This document shows, in pieces, positions 53,786 to 64,000 of a DNA stretch of 64,000 nt; the stretch's first letter is position 1; every line of letters begins with the position of its first letter. The DNA is from the human T2T-CHM13v2.0 reference genome, Homo sapiens, in the NCBI RefSeq assembly GCF_009914755.1, contig NC_060926.1. One strand, 5' to 3'. The notes below the pieces were generated by a model, which was given only the letters and a program-made list of their open reading frames with translations, ran no database searches and was not told the origin of the DNA. Both the position numbers and the translations under genes were made by a program.

Positions 53786-55066
53786 AAAGAATTGATTGAC
53801 TCCTGAATTCCATGGCAGAATGCTGGTTTGACATATTAACAGTGCTCCTCTCATTGATGGCAGTTTCCAGAAAGAGGTCATCTTTATAAATCATGCTTAC
53901 TCTTTTCTTTAGGAATTAAGGACAACACAAGCTACCAAGTTCAGAGCTCCTTAGAACTGAATGTTTCCAATTTCTAGTCTCTGGCTACACCTGAAGGGAA
54001 TTCTTGGGTAAAGCAAATAAACAAACTGAAAACGAAAACCAAACAAATACACTTTAGAAATGGTGACCAAGTTGCTTAGATGTTATCAGTTGATACAGGT
54101 GATCATCTGGGGCACTTATTTCTGTTTTTAATTCTCAGGATCTAAATCCCTATTAGCAATGGAATGAGTTATAACATGTTTTATTTTCATGCTGTTCATT
54201 AATTTAGCCATGGAAATGATGTTTATTCATTAAAGTATTCAAGATATGTATATGAAGAATCGTAATCCCCTCACAAGCTTGACTAAGTTCTGATGTTCTG
54301 TTCTAAGGTTGGGAACACTTGCTTTTCCCACACTGTTGAGCTGCCTAGTTTTTGAGGGGAGTAAGTTGAATCAGGACCTATGTTTGGGGGACCATTCCAG
54401 GGTCCAGCCTGACACAGGTATTAACAGAGGTCTTATGACTTGGTAAGCCAACAGTCGAGATTGGCCTGGTTTGGAACCCATCTTTCCACTTTCCTCTAAG
54501 AGTACAGGCTGATGTTTTGCAATCTTGCTCTTTTCTTTGTAAAGGTTAGACTGGATTTTAATTTTAACCTAATACACCTCAATAAAAGTACGATTAGGAG
54601 GCCCTACCATTTGACTTTCCACTAGGTCTAGTGTTTCAAGACAGGTTACAATATATTACCACTGGGACTGAAAATACTTGTTTCATACCTGCTGAATAAC
54701 TTGCTTCTGATTGTATTTCTTCTGAAAAGCTCTTCTTTAGTAACTATAAATGATGCATTATGCAAAAAAACTGATCCATTATTAATCATAATCTATATCC
54801 CGTGAGAAGAACAAGGCAGAGTCTCAGCTTGCCAAATAAGGCAGTCAGCAGATGATACTCTTCAGGACTCAACAGAATTGATAACTGTAGGAAACCAAAA
54901 GATTTCCCAATTGCTAAGTGTATTAAAAAAGCTAAGAAATACCTTTGTTGTTAGCAAAAAAAAAGATATTGGTAAATACTTCTGTTTTGTGTTCTAACAA
55001 AAGGGAGGCCATGTGAAAAATGGATTTGTATCTGTTTTATTTTTAAATCTATTCAGTGTTATGTGG

Positions 55067-55452
55067 TGTTTTAGTTCATTTTCACGCTATAAAGAACTAC
55101 CTGTGAATGAGTAATTTATGAAGAGGTTTATTTGACTAACATTTCCACATGGCTAAGGAGGCCTCAGGAGACTTAAAATCATGGCAGATGGTGAAGGGGA
55201 AGCAGGCACCTTCACAGGGCAGCAGGAGAGACGGGGGAGGGGAGAGAGAGAAACAGTGTGAGCAAGCATGAGGGGGGATGTGCCACACTCTAAAACTATC
55301 AGCTGTTGTGGCAACTCACTCACTATCATGAGAACCACATGGAGGAAACTGCCCCCATGATTCAGTCACCTCCCACCAGGTCACTCCCTCAACACATAGG
55401 GATTATAATTCGAGATGAGATTTGGGTGGGGACACAGAGCCAAACCGTATCA
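55067..55452 (-). mobile_element. THE1D-like solo LTR
   Basis: Reverse THE1 LTR with a perfect TSD TGTGG at 55062-55066 and 55453-55457. Confidence 0.92.
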
Positions 55453-55660
55453 TGTGGAGAGCTAAGAAATAGATTAGAAAGGGTTTTCCCATAAGAGCCC
55501 ATAATCCACATGGATATGCAGCTTATGTCACAGTGCCTCATTTCACTTCCACATTTTGCTCTGTGACTTTCATCAAATTTTATTTTAATGAACATTTTTT
55601 TCCTGAATTAAATTTGCCAGAGCTGTAGTTCTACTTTTGTTATTTACTCAAAGTAAAAAA

Positions 55661-56386
55661 TGTTGCAGCTTTTTCACTCCTGTTGTTTGGCAAGTAGGAG
55701 GGAGTATTACAGCTCTTTTACTCCCACCACTAGTAAGCTCCAGGTTCTTGTTCCATAACCAAGAAGAATAAGCCACGCAGACATTGGAGAGTGAGTAAGG
55801 CAGATTTGGATGTATTAGGCGACAGGAAAGCTCTCAGCAAGAAGAGGGGACGCGACAGAGGGTTGCTGACTGCAGGGCTTTTGGGGGGTTTTCAATGGGC
55901 TGGAAAGAGGGAGGAGTGTGCTGACTGGTCTGCAGGCCAATTTGGAGAAAGCACCACTCAGAGAGGGACATGATAGTAGAAAGAATCAGTTGGAGGCAGA
56001 GGTGAAGCCTTGGTCCAGGACCTTGGCCCAGGACCAGTCAGGGGCTGAAGTGAAGGCTTGGCCTGCCACAGTCAGGGACTAGAGTGATGTTCCACTTCAT
56101 GTAAACAAAGTCACAGAAAGATAGGTATATATAAAATAGGTGAAAGATATCAGGAGGAAACGAGTGCAATGAGACAAAGGTGTGCCAAGGAGAGAGAAAT
56201 GTGTCCAAAAGAGGAGTGGAATTTGTTCACCTGGGTTCACAGAGTAGGCATTTACCATTCAGGGACACAGGCTCTTTTTTTATCCAGAACCTGCAGCTTG
56301 ATTTTCAGGCAGTTCTGGGTTTGGAGTTTTGCTGAGGACCCACCCTAACTCCCTGCCTGATGGGTTTCTTTCTTCCTCCTCTCTCA
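55661..56386 (-). mobile_element. ERV1 (MER4-group, MER50/MER84-like) solo LTR
   Basis: Minus strand starts TGAGAGAGGAGGAAGAAAGAAAC...GTTAGGGTGGGTCCTC and ends ...AACA; about 726 bp. Exact subfamily uncertain. Confidence 0.7.
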
Positions 56387-56587
56387 CAAGCTCTTGAGTT
56401 TTAAAAATAAAGTATATTATTTTAAATGTATTAATTTTAACTTATTTTTATTTTTCACCTCTATTTTTCTTAGGACTTCACCTATGTAGTTATTTAACTT
56501 AGTGGTGGCAGTGGTCTTGATTACGACTTCTTAAGTTTAACATCTAGCCTCTTTCTTTCTATTTTCTTCCCTTCCCTCTTTCCCTCC

Positions 56588-58881
56588 TGATATGGTTTGG
56601 CTGTGTCCCCACTCATATCTCATCTTGAATTGTAACTCCCACAATTCCTACGTGTTGTGAGAGGAACCCAGTGAGAAATGATTGAATTATGGGGGCGATT
56701 CATTCCTGCACTGTTCTCATGATAGTGAATGAGTCTCCCAAGATCTGATGGTTTTAAAAAGAAGTGTTTCCCTGCACCAGCTCTGTTCTCTTGTCTGCTG
56801 CCATGTGAGACTGCCTTTCACCTTTCACCATGATTTTGAGGCCTTCCCAGCCACATGGAAATGTAAGTCCATTAAACTTCTTTATTTTGTAAGTTGACAG
56901 TCCCATGTACGTCTTTATTAGCGGCATGAAAATGGACTAATACAATAAATTGGTACCAGTAGAGTGGGGCGCTGCTGAAAAGATATCCAAAAATGTGGAA
57001 GTGACTTTGGAAATGGATAACAGGCCAAGGTTGGAACAGACTGGAGGGCTCAGAAGACAGGAAAATGTGGGAAAGTTTGGAACTCCCTAGAGACTTGTTG
57101 AATGGCTTTGGCCAAAATCCTAATAATGATATGGACAATGAAATCCAGGCTGAGGCGGTCTCAGATGGAGATGAGGAACTTGTTGGGAACTGGAGCAAAG
57201 GTGACTCTTGTTATGTTTTAGCAAAGAGACTGGTGGCATTTTGCCCCTGTCCTAGAGATTTGTGGAACTTTGAAATTGAGAGAGATGATTTAGGGTATCT
57301 AACGGAAGAAATTTCTAAGCAGCAAAGCATTCAAGAGATGACTTGGGTGCTGTTAAAGGCATTCAATTTTATAAGGGAAGCAGAGCCTAAGAATTTGAAA
57401 AATGTGCAGCCTGACATTGCAATAGAAAAGAAAATTCCATTACCTGAGGAGAAATTCAAGCTGGCTGCAGAAATTTACATAAGTAACAAGAAGCTGAATG
57501 TTATTCCCTAATACAATGGGGAAAATGTCTCCAGGGCATGTCAGAGGTCTTCACAGCAGCCCCTTTTATCACAGGCCCAAAGGCCTAAAAGGAAAAAGTG
57601 GTTTTGTGGGCGAGGCCCAGGGTCCCTGTGCAGTGTGCAGCCTAGGGACTTGATGCTCTACGTCCCAGCTGCTCCAGGCCTGGCTGAAAGGGGCCAATGT
57701 AGAGCTCAGGCCATAGCTTCAGAAGGTGCAAGCACCAAGCCCGGGCAGCTTCCACATGGTGTTGAGCCTGCGAGTGCCCAAAAGTTAAGAATTGGGGCTT
57801 GGGAACCTCCCCCTAGATTTCAGAAGATGTATGAAAATGTCTGGACGCCCATGCAGAAATTTGCTGCAGGGTCGGGGCCCTCATGGAGAACCTCTGTTAG
57901 GGCAGTGCAGAAGGCAAATGTGGGGGCAGAGCCCCCACACAGAGTCCCAAATGGGACACCACCTAGCGGAGGTGTGAGAAGAGGGGCCACTGTCCTCCAG
58001 ACCCCAGAGTGGTAGATCCACCAGCAGCTTGCACTGTGAGACTGGAAAAGCCACAGATACTCAATGCTAGCCAGTGAGGCAGCCAGGAGGGAGGCTGTAC
58101 CCTGCAAAGCCACAGGGGTGGAGCTGCCCAAGACCATGGGAACCCACCTCTTGCATCAATGTGACCTGGATGTGAGACATGGAGTCACAGGAGATGATTT
58201 TGGAGCTTTAAGATTTGACTGCCCTGCTGGATATCAGACTTGCATGGGGCCTGTAGCCCCTTTGCTTTGGCCAATTTCTCCCATTTGGAATGGCTGTATT
58301 TACCCAATACCTGTACCCCCATTGTACCTAGGAAGTAATGAACTTGCTTTGATTTTACAGGATCATAGAAGGAAGGGACTTGCCTTGTCTTGGATGAGAC
58401 TTTGGACTTTAGACTGGACTTCTGAGTTAATGCTGAAATGAGTTAAGACTTTAGGGGACTTTTGGGAAGGAATGATTGGTTTTGAAATGTGAGGATATGA
58501 AATTTGGGAGGGGCCAGAGTGGAATGATATGGTTTGGCTGTGTCCCCACCCAAATATTATTTTGAATTCTAACTCCCACAATTCCCATATGTCATGGGAG
58601 GAACCCAGTGGGAGGTGATTGAATTATGGGGACAGATCTTTCTGGCGCTGTTCTGATGATAGTGAATGAATATCATGAGATCTGATGGTTTTAGAAAGGA
58701 GAGTTTCCCTGCGTAAGTTCTCTTCTCTTGTCTGCTGCCATGTGAGACTTGCCTTTCACCTTCTGCCGTCATTGTGAGGCCTTCCCAGCCATATGGAACT
58801 CTAAGCTTATTAAATCTCTTTCTTTTGTAAATTGCCCACTCAGATATGTTTTTATCAGTTGCGTGAAAACGGACTAGTACA
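56588..58881 (+). mobile_element. Full-length THE1B-like (THE1A/B) MaLR provirus (5' LTR 56588-56944, 3' LTR 58525-58881)
   Basis: Paired LTRs, internal MaLR ORF remnants, polypurine tract, and a perfect TSD CCTCC at 56583-56587 and 58882-58886. Confidence 0.95.
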
Positions 58882-59834
58882 CCTCCCTTCCTCATCTCAC
58901 TTCTCTCTCTTTCACTCTTTCTAATATGTTTGCTTCTGAGTATAGCTTAAGTTCCCGTCTATAAAATTAGAAAATTAGCATTCCTTTTGTTTTCTAAATT
59001 ATTTTACACCGATTTTCCTCTTTTGCCTAATAATAATTTATAGGAATATTTTAGTATTCCTCAGCACTTGGACTTTTTATTTAAAACTTGTTTGACCACA
59101 TTGTTAGAATGTATTCTCTACAATATCTGTCTTTCAGAGTTTATTGATAATTGAATTGCTTTGTTTTATTCCAGCTAGTGTTCAATCAATTTTTATAAAT
59201 ATTTCATGGACACTTGGATGCATATTTTTGTAAAGCACAGCATCCAGTAGGTACCTACTGATTACATCTTATTATGTACTTCAAATTATTGATAGCCATG
59301 GGATGGACTATGAGTAGCATGCAAAAATCTTCCTCAATATGTGCATTTTGATTAGTTTTTATCTTTTAAACTTAGGAAGGTACCTTATTTCAAAACTATG
59401 CTATTTCTCACATAGAAGCTTATGACTCATGTTTTAGTTGTGAACAGAGCTACTAATTAGTATTAACTAACTCTCTGCTCTATTGCTTAATATCTTAAAT
59501 GTATTGAATGTTGTTTAATATTATCACTACTGTTGTCTTTATATTTGCTTTTGCCTATTTATACTTTTGCTTTAGCTTTCTCTTATGAAGTGTATCTCAT
59601 AAGTAATGTGTATTTTTTAATTTGATGTAAGATATTTGATTTTTAAAATAGAGCTTAAACTATTTAAATTATTGTAATTGCTGACATGTTTGGTCTTGTT
59701 TCAATCATCTTGCCCTGGCTTTCTGATTTTTAGTTTTTCTTTGTAATTCTTGTTTTTCTTGATAATTTTTTGCTTTGTTCTTTTCACTTTAATGATTTGA
59801 ATGACAGAATAGTATTTCAAACTCAAAAAATTTA

Positions 59835-59965
59835 GGCTGGATATGGTGGCTCACGCCTGTAATGCCAGCACTTTGGGAGGCTGAGGTGGGTGGGTTGCTT
59901 GAGCTCAGGTGTTCAGGATCAGCCTGGGCAACATGGCAAAACCCTGTCTCTATTAATAAAAAAAA
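59835..59965 (+). mobile_element. FLAM_C / free left Alu monomer
   Basis: ggctggatatggtggctcacgcc...ttgcttgagctcagg...accctgtctct plus A tail; no right arm. Confidence 0.85.
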
Positions 59966-60434
59966 TTGTGATTTTTTTTTTTAAACGTTTCTAAAATGTA
60001 ATTGGATAAGCCATTTTTGATACTCAAGTTATTGATGAATCTGGAAAATAACTAACTTTGTAACCAGGGAAATGAATGCCACTTTTACATTCTGTTCTGC
60101 TTCCCCCCTCTTTTTTTAATTGATTCCAGAATTTTATAATTTTGCATCCAGATATTGTTCATGAAAATTTTAAAAAGTAAAAATTTGTGACTTCATAATA
60201 AACACACTAAAAGATACCACACACACCACACGTCACACTTTCCATACACACATACAGGCAGTTTTTCATGTTAATATGGGACTGTAAAAAATTACTATCC
60301 ACCTAAAACCCTACACAATGATCTTATGATTCTTCCATGACCCTTTTTGACAAGACATATATAACTCTCTCATTGTTAGCTATATAATGTACAGGGAAAT
60401 GAAAGAAATAGTGGAACTAATATTTATTACGTGA

Positions 60435-60870
60435 TTTTTTAAAAAAAGGCTTTATTGATATATAATTCATATATTATAAAATTTAGCCTTTTAAAATGTA
60501 TAATGGAGTGTTTTTTAGTATATTGAGAGAGCTGTGCGACTACCACCATGACTTAACTTCAGAGTATCTCTTCACTGCAGAAAGAAACCCCATTCCCAGT
60601 AGCAGTCACTCCTTATTCCTCCCTGACTCCAAACAATGGCAACAACTAATCTAATTTTTCTCTATGTATTTTCTTATTATGAACACTTTATGTAAATGGA
60701 ATCATACAGTATGTGATCTTTTGTGACTGACTTCTTTCACTTAGCATAAGTTTTCAGGGTTTATCCATATTGGAGCATATATCAGTATTTATTCCTTTTT
60801 GTGGCCAAATAATGTTCCATTGTATGGATATACCACATGTGGTTCATCTATTCATCAGTTGATGGACAAA
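60435..60870 (-). mobile_element. L1MB7/8- or L1ME1-like 3' end
   Basis: gctttattgatatataattcata...aaatggaatcatacagtatgtg...ttcatcagttgatggaca. Confidence 0.85.
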
Positions 60871-63800
60871 TTTTAAGCAACCAAATAATAAGTGACCAAA
60901 TAAATAAATGGCTAAGTCTCTCCTCTATTAACCATGTTGATCTTATTTTTCCAAGTTCCAACACTAAATTCAGAAAAAAAATCAAAGGTGTCTTTTGCAA
61001 CTGAACCATCTTCCATGTTTCCCAGAGAGCCTGTGAAAAACACAGAAACTTGTTGTTTTACCTTATAATTATGTTTGTTATATATGCTTCATGTTTTTAA
61101 GATGGCTCAACATTATGGAAATGCTGCAGGGTGAATGTCAAGTGAAAAAGTGAAGATTCTCTTTCCATATGTAACTGCTGGTTAATTTTGTTCAGATAAA
61201 AGTTAATTAATGTAAATATATTAGAGACTGTACCATTTTCAGGAAGAATCAAAAGGTCCTGGAGATTTGTCAAGCCATCCAGGGTTCATATATGTCTTCT
61301 CCCACAGGATAAATATTAATCAAATTCTTATGGAATAGTTGTGTATGGTATACTCTGAAAGATAATTTTACTCTCATTCTGATCCTTTTGGTTACTGTGC
61401 TATTTATTCTTATCATCAACTAGTTGTACTTTCCTGTCATGCTTGTCTGAGGCTCTCTTATAAGCTATAGAATAGAAATGAAATCTTCAGTTGTCCAAAG
61501 ATGGACAGTTTTAGAGTCTTCTGGTAAGGACCATGTCAAATACTCTTAACTATTTATACTTCAAAGAATAGATGTGGATATAGGTTCAAAACTAACATTG
61601 CTTAGACAATTGTCCCAAGCACCAGGAGACATGCCATATTTTCAGGCCTCTTTATAGTCTAAAGCAGATTACTTTATAAGAGCAGACTGCAAAGATCCAG
61701 CAAAACAAGAATTAATTACACAGAACTAAATTAATTTATGACAGCAAACAAATTGTGGTTATTTGTCCTGGAATATCATCAACATTGTTTTTAACATTCA
61801 TATTTTAATGGGAATATGAGGTGGCCCTTTATCTTTCTTTTTTATTTATCTTGAACCCTGCATTGAGCAGACAACAGAAATAAAAACTTTAAAAAATAAA
61901 ATTGTATTCTTCCTGATTACTAAGAATTCACAAACAAATAGTTTTACTGGGTCTCTTTACTTGTAAAATGGCAATATAGTAATTTTTGAAGGTTCATTAA
62001 AAACCTTATTTTACCATAGAGGCTATATCTGGCCGGTCATATTTGAAAATGAATCTAATTTGATTAGTTATGACAAACTCACCATTAAGAAATAAGACTC
62101 TACTTCATCTCTATAGGACAAAAATCTACAATGTGAGCTATAATTTCATAATACTGTGGCCCTAATCAATCATATTTAAGAAGTGTGGGACCAGGGCTCA
62201 TGAAGTCCTTTCTGGAATCTCTCCTGGTGCCTGTTCTATGGCTGATAGCATTCCAGCCTTACAGGTGAAAAGGAAGGTCACTTCCTGGCAGGCCAAACAT
62301 TGTAGATGATTTTGGGGACCTCAGGAAAAGAGGAATTCACCTACATTTGTAGGTGATGCAGGTGAAATAGGATAAAGATAAATTTTTGGGGTTTGGTTTC
62401 TTAGCCTCAGAATAGAAGTCGGAATAATAGAGGCTTTTAAAAGTCTACTGTTATCATTATGAAGCCTCCAGTCAGAAGTTAATCTTCTGTCCTTAGCAGT
62501 TACTCAACACATTATGATGCTGGATTTATGACATGGATACTAATGCGTTGCCACATTTTTTGTTGGTAAATTAATCAGGCCAAAACACAAGAAAGCTAGC
62601 CTTTTTGGGATCAACAAGAACCTTTAGAGATTATTTATAATCACTAGGGTTAAGAAAATTTATCCAAAACTTGGAAATAAGTGAAAAAGGTGACTGCATG
62701 TCCTTTCAAAATACTAGAGCATTGTTTAACAGACCTACCCAAGGACCGTTTCACCTTTTGGGGTATAATCATTTGTTTGACTTCTTATATATGATTGATT
62801 AGGGCCACAGTATCATGAAATTACAGCTCACATTGTGGATATTGTCCTACAGAGATGAAAACATTTCTGTGCATTAGAAAAGATAAACCCAAATGTTGAA
62901 GCTTTATTGTTCTGTCAATTATTAAGTACTTATATTTCTAACCCAGCAGTTATTGTCCAGCATTTATTTTTCAGAGATTCTATATATTCATTTTCTTGAA
63001 TTCTCCTGTGAACCAGATTTATTATCTCGCCAAGTCCCTTATTAGTTAGTTGACATATGTTTATTCTGTAATATTATGAATCATGTTTTTAGCTTTTTCA
63101 ATATGATATTTTGACACTATTATGTCCATTTACCCTCATTACCACACAAAGTCTAAGAGTAAGGATCTTTTCCCTTCTTTTGCTCTCTACAAGGAAGATT
63201 CCTTTCAATAGAAAGTGGTTTTTTTCAGATAAAGGAATACTTTCTCCTATTATGTTTTTTTCTTTTATATATTTTTAGTTTCCAATAAACCTATTACAAA
63301 CTTTGATCTCAGTGTACTCTATTTGCTATTTATCCTCTCTTCTTTCATCATCATCATCTTTGCTCTTTGATCTGCATCTTGGACCAAAGACCTATAAAAC
63401 TTTCCTTCCGCATGTTTTCAACTTTAGGGAATGTAGATTCTGCTTTGCCCAATTTTCAAAAAAAATTTCAATTTGGTACATGTGCTTTCAGTTATTTTTA
63501 ATCTAATTTTCCTTGGTCCCATTTTAACTCAACTTTCAGTTTAACAACTCAACCCCTTATGACTTTCTATCTATGTTTTATGGAAGTCATGTTTCTTTAT
63601 ATTCTATTGAGTCAAAGCCTATATTTTATGACATATTCTGTTTATTATGGAAAAGTTTTTGTTTTTCTGAGGTTGAGTTTTCCTCTCCACTTTCAGGGTA
63701 TTTCTCTCCTTATGTGGCAGAATGCGTGTGTGTGTACCCACATGCACGTGCGTGTGCGCTCTAAGTTGGCAATAATTCTTTGTTTTCTCATCTGTCAATG

Positions 63801-63990
63801 AGGAGAAATCTCTCAAGACCTGGTGTCTGTCAATTTAAAAAAGACATAGATTTCCCTTGACCTTCTCCATCCACTTGCATGCTTATAGATCCCAGAATAG
63901 CTTTAAGTCTTGTGTCTGAATTACCGTACTAAGTCCCTAGCCAAGTTTTACTTTCTTACCGTTCCTCATTTTGTGCAGCCCTGATAGACT
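60871..63990 (-). mobile_element. Degenerate ERV1 (MER4-group) internal sequence
   Basis: Contains MER4/MER57/LOR1-int-type segments (agactgcaaagatccagcaaaacaagaattaatt; gaaggtcacttcctggcaggcc...ttttggggacctc...gaggaattcacc). Extent approximate; no intact ORF. Confidence 0.6.
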
Positions 63991-64000
63991 GCCGACATGA

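Overview
Primate (human-like) genomic DNA that is AT-rich, CpG-depleted and dominated by transposable elements. I find no protein-coding exon series, RNA gene, CpG-island promoter or CRISPR array. The ORFs I can assign are Alu, L1 or MaLR (THE1/MST) translations; the rest look like chance ORFs. The window holds 16 Alu/FLAM copies, three full-length THE1 MaLR proviruses (THE1A 5987-8241, THE1D 29269-31621, THE1B-like 56588-58881, each with a 5-bp TSD), several solo LTRs, old L1M fragments, MIR/L2 relics, MER2/MER3/MADE1 DNA transposons and an ERV1 internal segment at the right end. Subfamily names come from my recall of consensus sequences, not from a RepeatMasker run, and boundaries of old elements are approximate. 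The most notable structures are: (i) a composite L1PA15/16-like insertion (28161-34800) with a twin-priming 5' inversion and an apparent ~400-bp 3' transduction, later invaded by THE1D and three Alus; (ii) a THE1A internal region with ~461 codons in one frame, broken only by three TGG>TAG stops; (iii) perfect DUX4 motifs in both LTRs of the THE1B-like provirus; (iv) a MADE1 (miR-548-family) hairpin with a mirror-image substitution on both arms; (v) a perfect 14-bp hairpin fused to a 12-bp tandem repeat next to a motif-dense, repeat-free candidate enhancer. I cannot support a novel multi-gene system here, and I cannot identify the locus from sequence alone.
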